64,000 nucleotides of DNA from an uncultured Chloroflexia bacterium (lineage in GTDB: Bacteria; Chloroflexota; UBA6077; JACCZL01), in NCBI GenBank assembly GCA_963765765.1, contig CAVXYC010000020.1, positions 288,001 to 352,000 on the forward strand. Direction: 5' to 3'. Positions within the stretch are counted from its first letter, which is position 1. Each line of letters begins with the position of its first letter. The position numbers and the translations under genes were made by a program. Below are positions 10,637 through 20,124 of the stretch, one piece after another. The notes beneath the pieces are model-generated. The model ran no database searches, was not told the origin of the DNA, and saw nothing but the letters and a program-made list of their open reading frames with translations.

Positions 10637-10933
10637 TTAGACGACGTCGATATCGACGCGGGTACCCTGGCGCGTGGCGGCCGCTTTGACGACGGTTCGG
10701 AGAGCTCGGATGACCTTGCCCTGGCGTCCAATGACCTTGCCAACATCTGATTCAGCAACCGCTAGCTCGAGAACAAGCGTACGGCCTGACTGCACGGCTT
10801 CGACTGCCACATCGTCCGGGTTCGCCACGATCCCGCGTGCGAGAAAATCCGTGAGCTTGCGGAGCGCTTCGTTCTCGGCCGATTCGCTCCGTGGCTCAGC
10901 CGATTCATCCCGCTCTCCGGATTCGTTAGTCAC
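10637..10933 (-). CDS. khpA: KH-domain RNA-binding protein KhpA (YlqC)
   Basis: DVGKVIGRQGKVIRALR GxxG loop; lies between rpsP and rimM. Confidence 0.9.
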   Translation of the reverse strand: MTNESGERDESAEPRSESAENEALRKLTDFLARGIVANPDDVAVEAVQSGRTLVLELAVAESDVGKVIGRQGKVIRALRTVVKAAATRQGTRVDIDVV

Positions 10934-11165
10934 TGGTTGTTCGATTCAGGAGCTTGGCCACGCGATCACTTGGCTTTGCACCCTTCTGAATCCAGACCTT
11001 GGCTTTCTCTTCATCGATCTGCACTGTGGCAGGCTCGGTCAACGGATCGTAAAAGCCAATGTGATCGACGTATCGCCCATCTCGCGGTGCTGTGGCTTCG
11101 GCCACTACTACTCGGTAGCTGGGGCGCTTTCGCGAACCTGTTCGTCGTAATCGAATTCGTAACAC
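10926..11165 (-). CDS. rpsP: 30S ribosomal protein S16
   Basis: LRIRLRRTG..RPSYRVVVA...PRDGR...GFYDP...GAKPSDRV. Confidence 0.97.
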   Translation of the reverse strand: MLRIRLRRTGSRKRPSYRVVVAEATAPRDGRYVDHIGFYDPLTEPATVQIDEEKAKVWIQKGAKPSDRVAKLLNRTTSD

Positions 11166-11376
11166 TCAGAAACCTTTTTCGTGTTCTCGTAGTCGAGTAA
11201 TTGTACCCGAAACAGTACTTTCATCTCGCCGCACCGGTCAAGAAGCTCGATTGCCTGTACCTTCTCAGGTGTAGATCGACAATTCAATCGGGTTCCGTGT
11301 CTTGGGATACGTCGCAAAGGCCCCTTATGATGTCAGGGCAAAAACATTCGGCCGGGAGATTGAGGAACGAGGTACG

Positions 11377-12288
11377 GTGCGTCTAGCATCAATGAATTCA
11401 CGAGCTTTCGAGGCGCGTGTTCCCCTGCTTGCCGCCCTTCGACCGTCGCAGTGGACAAAGAACCTTCTCCTGTTCGCGGCGCTTCTCTTTTCAATCCGAT
11501 TCACTCAGATCGGCACCTGGTACGCGGCGATTCTCGCCTTTGCCGTTTTCTGCGCATTTTCCAGCGCTGGGTATCTCATCAACGACCTGCTGGATGTTGA
11601 AGCAGATCGAGAGCATCCGACCAAGCGGCTTCGCCCCATAGCTTCCGGCGAAGTTTCACGTCCCGTTGCAATTGGCAGCGCATTGGCGCTCACCCTCGGC
11701 GGCCTGGCCATCTCGCTGCGTCTCGGGCCCAGCTTTACGGCTGTGGCGGCAGGATACTTATTGCTGAGTGTCAGCTACTCGGCGGTGTTGAAACATTACG
11801 TTCTCATTGACCTCTTCGGGATCGCCGCTGGGTTCGTGCTTCGAGCGGCTGCCGGTGCGGTTGCGATTGACGTCCCGATCTCGCCCTGGTTGTACGTCTG
11901 CACCGGTCTCGCTGCGCTCTTTCTCGCTCTTGGGAAACGACGACATGAGCTCATCCTCCTGGAGTCAAGCGCGAGTCGACATCGACGAAATCTTGACGAC
12001 TACACTGTAGAGCTTGTTGACCAGCTCACCCTTATTGTCACAGCGGCCGCAATTATTGCCTACAGTCTCTATACGATTTCTGGCGACTTACGAACTTCAA
12101 ATCCAGCGATGATGCTGACGATTCCATTCGTTCTCTACGGCTTGTTTCGTTATCTTTATCTGGTCCACGTTCGCAAATTGGGTGGCAGCCCGGATGAAAT
12201 GCTCCTGCGTGATCGCCCTCTCGGCGCAACACTGATCGCCTGGATCGTCGCTTGCGGAGTCATCCTCTTCCTCAGTATCCGCACGTAA
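11377..12288 (+). CDS. UbiA-family decaprenyl-phosphate phosphoribosyltransferase-like membrane protein
   Basis: RPSQWTKN, NDLLDVEADREHPTKRLRPIASG, LALGKRRHEL, multiple TM segments. Start is GTG 11377 or ATG 11392. Confidence 0.85.
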   Translation: MRLASMNSRAFEARVPLLAALRPSQWTKNLLLFAALLFSIRFTQIGTWYAAILAFAVFCAFSSAGYLINDLLDVEADREHPTKRLRPIASGEVSRPVAIGSALALTLGGLAISLRLGPSFTAVAAGYLLLSVSYSAVLKHYVLIDLFGIAAGFVLRAAAGAVAIDVPISPWLYVCTGLAALFLALGKRRHELILLESSASRHRRNLDDYTVELVDQLTLIVTAAAIIAYSLYTISGDLRTSNPAMMLTIPFVLYGLFRYLYLVHVRKLGGSPDEMLLRDRPLGATLIAWIVACGVILFLSIRT

Positions 12289-12298
12289 CGCAACAGCG

Positions 12299-12425
12299 GA
12301 AGCGCGAGTACTTTAGACTGCGGCGGTCTTCGCCGCCTTGTGCTAGCGCGAAGTGCGTTGGCCATCGGCTTCCAGCCTCGCGAGAAAGCGGCGAGGACCG
12401 CCACAGTCTAAAGTAGTCACGCTTC
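12299..12425. repeat. REP-doublet (REPIN-like) imperfect inverted repeat
   Basis: 38-nt arms 12299-12336 and 12388-12425 pair at 34 of 38 positions around a 51-nt spacer. Each arm has its own short GCGGCG...CGCC palindrome. Confidence 0.7.
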
Positions 12426-12433
12426 GCGTCGGA

Positions 12434-12483
12434 AAGCACAAAAGGAAGCGCCACCCGAACGGGTGGCGCTTCCTTTTGTGCTT
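12434..12483. terminator. Bidirectional intrinsic terminator between the convergent UbiA-family gene and rpsI
   Basis: Perfect 24-bp inverted repeat AAGCACAAAAGGAAGCGCCACCCG-AA-CGGGTGGCGCTTCCTTTTGTGCTT, giving a U-tract on both strands. Confidence 0.88.
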
Positions 12484-12498
12484 CGAAACGGCTGGAGG

Positions 12499-12903
12499 TT
12501 ACCGCTTGGTGTACTGCGGCGCCTTGCGGGCTCGCTTGAGGCCGTACTTCTTGCGTTCCTTGACGCGTGGGTCACGGGTGAGAAGGCCGGCGGATCGCAG
12601 CACCGCGCGATGCCCTTCATCGACCTTCAAGAGAGCACGTGCAATTGCATGTACCAGCGCGCCCGCCTGCCCCGTTGTTCCGCCACCCGCCACTTTTGCC
12701 AGCACGTTGTAGCTACCAATGGTATTGGTGAGCCGAAGCGGAAGCGTCACGAGCGTCTGGGCTGTGGGCCGCGGTAAATGCTGCTCGAGCGATTTACCGT
12801 TCACAATGACATTGCCTGTACCAGGCTGAAGTAGCACTCGCGCCACGGATTCTTTCCGACGTCCTACCGCGGAAAGGGCGTCCGGGTTCCGTCCCGATCT
12901 CAT
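12499..12903 (-). CDS. rpsI: 30S ribosomal protein S9
   Basis: [47 protein letters not shown]. Confidence 0.97.
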   Translation of the reverse strand: MRSGRNPDALSAVGRRKESVARVLLQPGTGNVIVNGKSLEQHLPRPTAQTLVTLPLRLTNTIGSYNVLAKVAGGGTTGQAGALVHAIARALLKVDEGHRAVLRSAGLLTRDPRVKERKKYGLKRARKAPQYTKR

Positions 12904-13336
12904 GAAGTCTTCTCCTCAGTCCCCTTGAGCTGACCCTGGTGCGGGTGCGTGGGCCCATCGTACACCCGTAGGCGTTTTAGCATCGCTCGTCCCAGCGTGT
13001 TGTGCGGCAGCATGCCTTTGACCGCGTGCTCCACGACGAAGCGCGGACGACGCTGAATCATGGTGCTAGCCACAACCTCGCGAAAACCGCCGGGTGGCCG
13101 GAATGCCTGAAATACTTCTTCTGCTCCGGCTTTCGGCCTGTCAGTCGAACCTTATTTGCATTCACGATCACAACGTGATCACCCGCGGCCATGTGCGGTA
13201 CGAACATCGCACGCTGCTTACCGCGCAACAATTGTGCAATCTGCGTTGCCAGCCTACCGAGCGGCTGATCGGTTGCGTCAATCAGGTACCACTCAGGCTG
13301 AAAGTCTTTTGCCTTTGGTGAATAGGTTTTCACCAT
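12900..13336 (-). CDS. rplM: 50S ribosomal protein L13 (1-nt frameshift near 13091)
   Basis: WYLIDA...LGRLAT...GDHVVIVNA...HSGHP. One added base continues GGFREV...[23 protein letters not shown] to a TGA overlapping the rpsI ATG. Confidence 0.94.
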
Positions 13337-13366
13337 GAACTCCTCGTCATCGAAGCACTGCGTTCT

Positions 13367-14120
13367 TCAATAATCTACGTGTGTAAGGGACAACCCATGA
13401 GGTGGCGCGTGATCGCTACGGATCGCCGGGTGTGAGCCAGCGAAGCAGCGCGATGACATCATCCGGCTCCAGACGACCACGCCCTGTGGCGACCAGCGAT
13501 CCGACGATTCCTCGCACCATTCGCCTGAGAAATCCGTCAGCGGCAATATCGAAGTAAACAAAACCGTCATCGTTACGCGACCACTCCGCGAGTGTCACTG
13601 TTCGCCAGGTGGAGTCCACCGAGCTGCGTGCCATCCGCGCTGCGAAGCATCGAAAATCGTGCTTCCCTAACAGCCAGTACGAGACCCGCTGCATCTTCTC
13701 GATGTCCAGGGCCTGTGGTACATGCCAGCTGAACGGCTGCCAGAATACGTTTCGCACCTGACCCGTCCAGATCGTGTACCGATAACGGCGCTGTCGAGCT
13801 GACCGACGAGCATCGAAACCCGAGGACTCGTCTCTCGCCGAGAGCACCGCCACGTCGCTGGGAAGCGTCGCATTGAGTGCCCGCGTGATCTGCTCCACCG
13901 GCCGAGCGCACGTCGTTCGAACTGAACCGACCTGTCCGCTCGCATGAACTCCTGTGTCCGTGCGGCCCGCGGGCGTAATCCGAACCTTCTCGCCGAGCAC
14001 CTGAAGCCAGGCAGTTTCCAGTACGCCCTGCACGGTACGTGCTTCGGGCTGTACGTTGAACCCCTGGAATCGGGTTCCCTGGTACGCGAGATTGAGTCGG
14101 ACGACCCGCGATGCCTGCAT
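13367..14120 (-). CDS. truA: tRNA pseudouridine(38-40) synthase TruA (frameshift near 13426-13445)
   Basis: Y.GT.F.GF..Q, GRTDTGVHA catalytic motif, G.HDF, FLRRMVR. The terminal APPHGL..V.Y motif is in the adjacent frame (ORF 13367-13570). Confidence 0.92.
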
Positions 14121-14125
14121 GCATC

Positions 14126-14479
14126 CTAGAGAACAAGCTCCACCTGAGCCATCGGCGCGCTATCGCCTCTTCGAGGCAGAAGCTTCACCAATCGGGTATA
14201 TCCGCCCGGCCGATCCGCGAACCGCGGCGACAGCTCATCGAACAGCTTGGTGATCACCCGTGGATCGTGCACCTTGGTCATTGCCAGACGCCGTGCGTGC
14301 AGGTCGCCGCGACGCGCCAGCGTAATGACATGCTCCGCCTCGCGGCGTAGCTCTCGGGCTTTCGCGTCGGTCGTACGGACCTTCTCATATCGAAGAAGGT
14401 CCGTAACGAGGTTGCGAATCAACGAAAGCCGATGGCTGGTTGGCCGCTTGAGCATGCGGAGGCCAACTCTATGTCTCAC
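14126..14479 (-). CDS. rplQ: 50S ribosomal protein L17
   Basis: MRHR, RPGGYTR, RRGDSAPMA. Confidence 0.97.
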   Translation of the reverse strand: MRHRVGLRMLKRPTSHRLSLIRNLVTDLLRYEKVRTTDAKARELRREAEHVITLARRGDLHARRLAMTKVHDPRVITKLFDELSPRFADRPGGYTRLVKLLPRRGDSAPMAQVELVL

Positions 14480-15513
14480 CTTCCGCTCCCATCATCTTCA
14501 TCATCGAGCACAAGCGCGAAATCCTGCTCTGTCTCGTCTTCGTCGTCCTCCGCACTACCTTCGGAGGAAGGGCGCAGTCCATCACCACCACCTGTAATCA
14601 GGCCATGCATGGCGAGCTTCTCACGCAGCTCATCGAGCGATTTCTGTCCGAAATTTCGGAGAGAAAGAAGCTCGTCCTCACTCATCTGAAGAATCTGCCC
14701 CACCTTGGTGATCTGTGATCGCTTGAGGCAATTGTGCGTGCGCTGCGACAGCTCGAGTTGATCGATGGACATCTCATAGATCTGCGTCGGAATCGCGCCT
14801 GTACCCAACGTGGGCTTCTCACTGAGACGCGGCGGCTTTTGCAGATCCGTGAAAAGTGTGAAGTGATCGATCAACAATCCAGCCGCCTGGGCCAATGCAT
14901 CGATCGGCGTCACAGTCCCATCCGTCTGGATGTCAATCACAACGCGATCCAGATCGGTTCGCGAGCCGACACGAGTGTTTTCCACCGTGTAATTCACCCG
15001 GCGAACGGGGCTGAATATCGCATCGATCGGAATTACACCGAGCGACGGTGGCTCGCGCCCATCACTGGGAAGGTAGCCAGTTCCACGCTCAACCGTAAGC
15101 TCCAGCTCGAGGCGCGAATCCGGGCCGTCGAGCGTTGCCAGATGAAGCTCAGGATTGATGATCTCAATGTCGCTCGGATAAATCAGGTCCGCCGCTGTGA
15201 CAACGCCCGGTCCATTGGCAATCAATCGCATCTGGGCAGGCTGATCGGAATGACATTGAACGCGGAGCTGCTTCAGGTTGAGAATCAGCTCGGTCGTGTC
15301 TTCCTTCACGCCGGGAATGGTGGCAAACTCATGGAAGACGCCTTCGACCTTCACGGCGGTCACTGCCGCGCCCTGGAGCGACGACAGCAACACCCGACGC
15401 ATCGCATTGCCGACTGTGATTCCGAATCCGCGTGCGAGGGGCTCGATCTGGAAGCGGCCAAAATCGTCGGACGTGTGCAGCGTGTCTATCTTGGGTGTCG
15501 TACTCTCCTGCAA
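14476..15513 (-). CDS. rpoA: RNA polymerase alpha subunit
   Basis: IEPLARGFGITVGNAMRRVLLSSL, HEF.TIPGVKED, alpha-CTD LRNFGQKSL. Confidence 0.98.
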   Translation of the reverse strand: MQESTTPKIDTLHTSDDFGRFQIEPLARGFGITVGNAMRRVLLSSLQGAAVTAVKVEGVFHEFATIPGVKEDTTELILNLKQLRVQCHSDQPAQMRLIANGPGVVTAADLIYPSDIEIINPELHLATLDGPDSRLELELTVERGTGYLPSDGREPPSLGVIPIDAIFSPVRRVNYTVENTRVGSRTDLDRVVIDIQTDGTVTPIDALAQAAGLLIDHFTLFTDLQKPPRLSEKPTLGTGAIPTQIYEMSIDQLELSQRTHNCLKRSQITKVGQILQMSEDELLSLRNFGQKSLDELREKLAMHGLITGGGDGLRPSSEGSAEDDEDETEQDFALVLDDEDDGSGR

Positions 15514-15542
15514 TGCTGTGTGCCTCCTCAGGCCGCTCGCGC

Positions 15543-15577
15543 TAAAGCCGCCTCGACAATACGTCGATGCGGCTTTA
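15543..15577. other. Hairpin in the rpsD-rpoA spacer
   Basis: TAAAGCCGC-C-TCGAC-AATAC-GTCGA-T-GCGGCTTTA: 14 bp with one mismatch. Confidence 0.5.
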
Positions 15578-15594
15578 CGCTCTGGTGCCGGTCG

Positions 15595-16221
15595 CTATCG
15601 AGAATAGTGCTCGACGACGAGCTGCTCACTAATGTTCGAATCGATTTCATCGCGCGCCGGCAAGGACAGCACGCGGCCGGAGAGCTCAGTAATATCCAGG
15701 CTGAGCCAGTTGGGCACCGTCTTTCGAGTCAGCGTGTCCTGCACCATCTTGAAATACTCGGACCCGCGGCTCGTCGGATGCACGCTGATGATGTCTCCAA
15801 CAGATACGAGCGCCGACGGGATGTCCGTCTTGCGACCCCGTAGCGTGATGTGGCCGTGTCGCACGATCTGCCGAGCCTGCTTGCGTGAGTCGGCAAATCC
15901 TAGCCGGTAGACCACGTTGTCGAGTCGGGTCTCCAGAAGCTGGAGCAGGTTCTCACCGGTAACACCGGGTCGACGCTCGGCTTCTACAAAATGCTTGGAG
16001 AACTGCCGCTCCAGCACGCCATAGATCGCACGCGCTTTCTGCTTCTCTCGAAGCTGGGCCCCAAATTCGGACATTTTGCGGCGTCGCTGACCATGAATTC
16101 CGGGTGGGTAATTCCGTCGCTCAATTGCGCATTTCGGCCCAAAGCATCTCTCACCTTTCAGGAAGAGCTTGACGCTCTGACGCCTGCAGATTTTGCACAC
16201 GGGTCCCGTGTATCGCGCCAT
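15595..16221 (-). CDS. rpsD: 30S ribosomal protein S4 (Zn-binding type)
   Basis: [14 protein letters not shown]...[17 protein letters not shown]. Confidence 0.98.
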   Translation of the reverse strand: MARYTGPVCKICRRQSVKLFLKGERCFGPKCAIERRNYPPGIHGQRRRKMSEFGAQLREKQKARAIYGVLERQFSKHFVEAERRPGVTGENLLQLLETRLDNVVYRLGFADSRKQARQIVRHGHITLRGRKTDIPSALVSVGDIISVHPTSRGSEYFKMVQDTLTRKTVPNWLSLDITELSGRVLSLPARDEIDSNISEQLVVEHYSR

Positions 16222-16246
16222 GTGTTATTCGTCCCTTGCTTTCTAG

Positions 16247-16642
16247 TTAGACGCGCCGCTTCTTGGGCGGGCGGCATCCGTTGTGTGCAATCGGCGTGAC
16301 ATCCACAATGGCACTCACAGCCAAACCAGCAGCCTGAAGCGACCGAATGGCCGCCTCGCGTCCGGAGCCCGGTCCTTTCACATAGACCTGGATCTGGCGT
16401 ACGCCGTTCTCCATCGCTTTGCGTGCCGCTTGATCCGCGGCCAAGCCGGCGGCATACGGCGTGCTCTTGCGAGAGCCCTTGAACCCGGCGGTGCCGCCAC
16501 TGGCCCAGGTCACAACATTTCCGTCTGGATCAGTGATCGTCACAGTCGTATTGTTGAACGTCGACTGGATATAGGCATTACCGCGAGGTATGTTCTTACG
16601 CTCGCGTCGCCGCGTTCGTGGGGCTCGACGCCGTTCTGCCAC
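16247..16642 (-). CDS. rpsK: 30S ribosomal protein S11
   Basis: [37 protein letters not shown]. Confidence 0.98.
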   Translation of the reverse strand: MAERRRAPRTRRRERKNIPRGNAYIQSTFNNTTVTITDPDGNVVTWASGGTAGFKGSRKSTPYAAGLAADQAARKAMENGVRQIQVYVKGPGSGREAAIRSLQAAGLAVSAIVDVTPIAHNGCRPPKKRRV

Positions 16643-16666
16643 GCTTGATCTCCCTTAGCGCTTCTT

Positions 16667-17050
16667 CTACTTCTTCGCCGCGGCCTTCTTGCGGCCGGCG
16701 ACTGTGCGGCGCGGTCCTTTACGCATGCGAGCGTTGGTGCGCGTCCGCTGACCATGGACTGGTCGACCTCGGCGATGCCGCAGGCCCCGATAACAACCAA
16801 TTTCCATGAGCCGTTTGATATTCAGGTTTACTTCGCGGCGAAGATCGCCCTCCACCGCGAAATCTTTATCGATCGCTTCACGCAATCGGTTGACCTGGTC
16901 CTCCGTCAAGTCATTGACGCGAGTATCGGGATCTACACTTGTGCGAAGCAGAATCTGCCGACTGGAGGTACGGCCAATTCCATAAATGGACGTCAGCCCA
17001 ATTTCCACACGCAGGTTGCGTGGGAGGTCTATTCCAGCGATGCGTGCCAT
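16667..17050 (-). CDS. rpsM: 30S ribosomal protein S13
   Basis: [31 protein letters not shown]. Confidence 0.98.
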   Translation of the reverse strand: MARIAGIDLPRNLRVEIGLTSIYGIGRTSSRQILLRTSVDPDTRVNDLTEDQVNRLREAIDKDFAVEGDLRREVNLNIKRLMEIGCYRGLRHRRGRPVHGQRTRTNARMRKGPRRTVAGRKKAAAKK

Positions 17051-17088
17051 CGACCTAGCGCTCCTTCCGATTCAATTGGCCCGTGGGC

Positions 17089-17202
17089 CTAACCCTGCCG
17101 CTGCTTGTGCTTTGGATTCGTGCAGATCACCAGAACCACGCCCTTGCGCTTGATAATCTTGCATCGCTCACAGCGAGCCTTTACTGATGCTGCTACTTTC
17201 AT
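17089..17202 (-). CDS. rpmJ: 50S ribosomal protein L36
   Basis: Below the ORF-track cut-off. Manual translation [37 protein letters not shown] (37 aa). Confidence 0.97.
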   Translation of the reverse strand: MKVAASVKARCERCKIIKRKGVVLVICTNPKHKQRQG

Positions 17203-17241
17203 CGTTCCCTGCTCCCGCCCCACCGAGCGCCAACCGCGGAC

Positions 17242-17463
17242 TCAACGCTCACGTCCCATGATGGCTCCTCTCGAGGAGTCATACGGTGACAACCGAATGG
17301 TCACACGATCGCCCGGAATGATCCGTGGCAAATTCAACCGAACTTGGGGCCCGAGATGCGCGAGCACCTTCAACCCCGTAGCCAGCTCTACCCGGTACAT
17401 CAGATTCGGGAGCACCTCAATCACTGCTCCGCGAACGACCTCACCCTGGTCAGACACTGACAT
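17242..17463 (-). CDS. infA: Translation initiation factor IF-1 (divergent)
   Basis: LPN..YRVEL..G..VLAH, RI.PGDRV...LSPYD..RG; canonical position upstream of rpmJ. Confidence 0.85.
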   Translation of the reverse strand: MSVSDQGEVVRGAVIEVLPNLMYRVELATGLKVLAHLGPQVRLNLPRIIPGDRVTIRLSPYDSSRGAIMGRER

Positions 17464-17492
17464 TTAATCGAGTGCGCTGGTGGCAAATCACT

Positions 17493-17501
17493 ATTGTATC
17501 A
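17493..17501 (-). promoter_or_regulatory. Internal extended -10 promoter upstream of infA
   Basis: TGaTACAAT on the minus strand about 30 nt before the infA ATG. Confidence 0.5.
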
Positions 17502-17522
17502 GATTCGAGGCTAAATCTCCCC

Positions 17523-18177
17523 TTATGCTCCGTTCTTACCAACCGCGATAGAAAGATCACGCCGCACGTCGTCAACGGACTGGTCGCCGTTGACAGTCAC
17601 GAGCGTGCCTCGATCGCGGTAATAGTCGATCAGCGGTGCTGTGTCCTTGAAATCGACCTCAAGACGACGCAATGCCGTCTCGCGCTTATCGTCGTCACGC
17701 TGATAAAGCGAGCCGCCACAAGCATCACACACGCCTGGCGTAGTGGGTTGGTTGAACAGCTCGTGGTAGCTGCGACTGCAGTCGCGACAAATCCAACGCC
17801 CCGAAAGACGGCCGAGCAGGACGTCCTGAGGCACTTCGAGATAAACGACTCGGTCTATCTTCCCGCTGGCCTCCTTGAGCGCCTCGTCAAGAGCTTCCGC
17901 CTGACGTCGCGTTCGCGGGAAACCGTCCAGAATCACGCCTTTTGCCGCGTCTGGCGCCTTGATGCGCTCGAGCACGAGGCCGATCGTCACGTCATCGGGG
18001 ACGAGCTCACCTCTATCCATGTAGCCCTTTGCTTGGAGTCCAAGGGGCGTGCCCGGCCTTCACGGCCTCCCGAAAGAGATCGCCGCTGGCGACATGCGCG
18101 ATCTGAAGATCGGCTGCCAGGCTAGCGGCCTGCGTCCCTTTTCCCGCACCGGGCGCTCCAACAAGGATGATCTGCAT
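17523..18177 (-). CDS. adk: Adenylate kinase, Zn-LID type (1-nt frameshift near 18053)
   Basis: ATG 18177 gives [17 protein letters not shown]...HVASGDLFR. Removing one G joins ORF 17523-18020 (GELVPD, LDGFPRT, CxxC..CxxC, QRDDD). Confidence 0.95.
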
Positions 18178-18187
18178 AACCCCTCAG

Positions 18188-19492
18188 CTACCTGTTGATA
18201 AAACCACGGTAGTTGCGCATCAAAAGCTGGGATTCGAGCTGACGCATCGTATCCAGCGCAACGCCAACCACGATGAGCAACGCCGTACTCTGCAATGTCA
18301 GCGCCTGAATGTTCGTAACGCTCCGCACCAGGAACGGCAGGATCGCGATTATTCCCAGGAAGAGCGCACCTACAAGGGTGATCCGGGTCAGTACACGATA
18401 CAGATACTCGGCCGTTGGCCGACCTGGTCGAATGCCTGGAATGAAGGCACCCTGCCGCTGAAGATTCTCGGCGATGTTCTGCTGCTGGTAGATGACCACG
18501 GTGTAGAAGAACGTGAACGCGACCACCAGCCAGAAATAGAGCATCCAGTAAAACCAGCTCGTCTGGAGGTTGAAGACCTCATAGACCCACCGAGCGACGC
18601 TCGCAATCGTCTCGTTCTCCGACGTCAGGAAGTACCCCGCCACCGTTGCAGGGAAGATCAGGATCGACGACGCGAAGATCAGCGGGATCATTCCCGCCGA
18701 GTTCACTTTGAGTGGAATATGCGTGGTCTGGCCGCCATACATCCGATTTCCACGAATGCGCTTGGCCACCTGCACCGGTATTCTCCGTTGTCCTTCGTAA
18801 ACCAGGACAATGGCAGCGACCGTGGTAATGCCTAGCACCATGAAAATTGCGAATGCGCCGACATTCAACCCGGACACCAGCGGTCGGAGCAGGAGTGTTG
18901 GCAGGCTAGCCACGATCCCACCAAAGATGATCATGGAGATCCCGTTGCCGATGCCGTACTGAGTGATCAGCTCGCCGATCCAGATGAGCAACATCGTTCC
19001 CGCGACCATCGTAATGATGATCGCGAGCGTACCGAGTGGATCGACATCAAAACCGAACTGCTCGATGAATCGCTCACCGCTTGGCGAGCTCGCATTGATA
19101 AGTTGCGGTGTGCCATACGCCTGAGCGGCCGCCAACGGAAGAGTGAGCCAGTGTGTGTACTGATTAATGCGATTTCGCCCCGACTCGCCTTCCTTAGAAA
19201 GCTCCGTGAGCTGCGGTATCACCGGAACCATGAGCTGCATGATGATCGATGCAGTGATGTACGGATACACGCCCATGGCAGCAATCGAAAAGTTCGAGAG
19301 CGCACCGCCAGAGAAAAGATCAAGGAAGCCGATGAACTGGTTGGACTCGAAGAGTCGCTCGAGCGCGGCGATATTGACGCCGGGAACCGGCACGTGCGCA
19401 ACGAACCGGAAGACAACCAGCATCAGCCCCGTGAAGATCAGCTTCCCACGGAGATCTGGAATTCGAAAGGCGTCGAGGAGGGCGCTAAGCAC
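18188..19492 (-). CDS. secY: Preprotein translocase SecY
   Basis: GVYPYITASIIMQL, GIGNGISMIIF, IPLKVNSAGMIP.IFA, FIPGIRPG. Confidence 0.98.
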   Translation of the reverse strand: MLSALLDAFRIPDLRGKLIFTGLMLVVFRFVAHVPVPGVNIAALERLFESNQFIGFLDLFSGGALSNFSIAAMGVYPYITASIIMQLMVPVIPQLTELSKEGESGRNRINQYTHWLTLPLAAAQAYGTPQLINASSPSGERFIEQFGFDVDPLGTLAIIITMVAGTMLLIWIGELITQYGIGNGISMIIFGGIVASLPTLLLRPLVSGLNVGAFAIFMVLGITTVAAIVLVYEGQRRIPVQVAKRIRGNRMYGGQTTHIPLKVNSAGMIPLIFASSILIFPATVAGYFLTSENETIASVARWVYEVFNLQTSWFYWMLYFWLVVAFTFFYTVVIYQQQNIAENLQRQGAFIPGIRPGRPTAEYLYRVLTRITLVGALFLGIIAILPFLVRSVTNIQALTLQSTALLIVVGVALDTMRQLESQLLMRNYRGFINR

Positions 19493-19936
19493 CCGTCATG
19501 ACCTCCGCGGTCCCCCGGCCTTTTCAATCTTCTCTTTCGCGCTCGCTGAGAATCGATGCGCCTTGATTGTTAGCGCGATCGAAAGCTCACCGGTAGCCAG
19601 AATAATGACTGGCTTATCGGCCGACCGGATCAGTCCCGCGGCGAGAAGCTCTGCGGGACCAACCACGCTACCCGCGCGGAACTTGACCAGCGAAAGTAGA
19701 TTCACGGGTTGACGCTCGACACGGCTGTGGTTTCGAAAACCTCGTCGATGCGGCAGGCGCTTGACGAGCGGAAGCTGTCCGCCCTCAAAGTACGCGGGGA
19801 CCCCGCCGCCGGCGCGCGCCTTCTGACCTTTGGTGCCCTTGCCGGCAGTCGTGCCGCGCCCTGACCCTAAACCGCGTCCGATACGACGCCGCTTGGGATG
19901 GGAGCCGGCGGGCGGTTTGAGATCCTGAATCTGCAT
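19485..19936 (-). CDS. rplO: 50S ribosomal protein L15 (probable missing G near 19515 in the last codons)
   Basis: GRGLGSGRG..AGKG.KGQKAR, FEGGQLPL, IEKAGG. Corrected end GGTAEVMTGA*. Confidence 0.96.
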
Positions 19937-20124
19937 TACTCGACTACCTTTACGAGATGGCCAATCGCGTTCACCATGCCGCGCACGGCATCCGTGTCCG
20001 GTCGCTCCACGACCTGGTTCATCCGCCGCAGACCAAGCGCTCGGACCGTCTTTTTCTGTCGCTCGGTATAGCCAATCGGGCTTTTCACGAGCTGAATTTT
20101 GATAGTTCCGCTAGGCGCTGGCAC
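19936..20124 (-). CDS. rpmD: 50S ribosomal protein L30
   Basis: LVKSPIG...[13 protein letters not shown]...VRGMV. Confidence 0.96.
   Translation of the reverse strand: MPAPSGTIKIQLVKSPIGYTERQKKTVRALGLRRMNQVVERPDTDAVRGMVNAIGHLVKVVE

Noticed and set aside
10635-10758. RimM N-terminal extension overlapping khpA by 122 nt
   Set aside because: Better explained by a missing G after ATG 10634.
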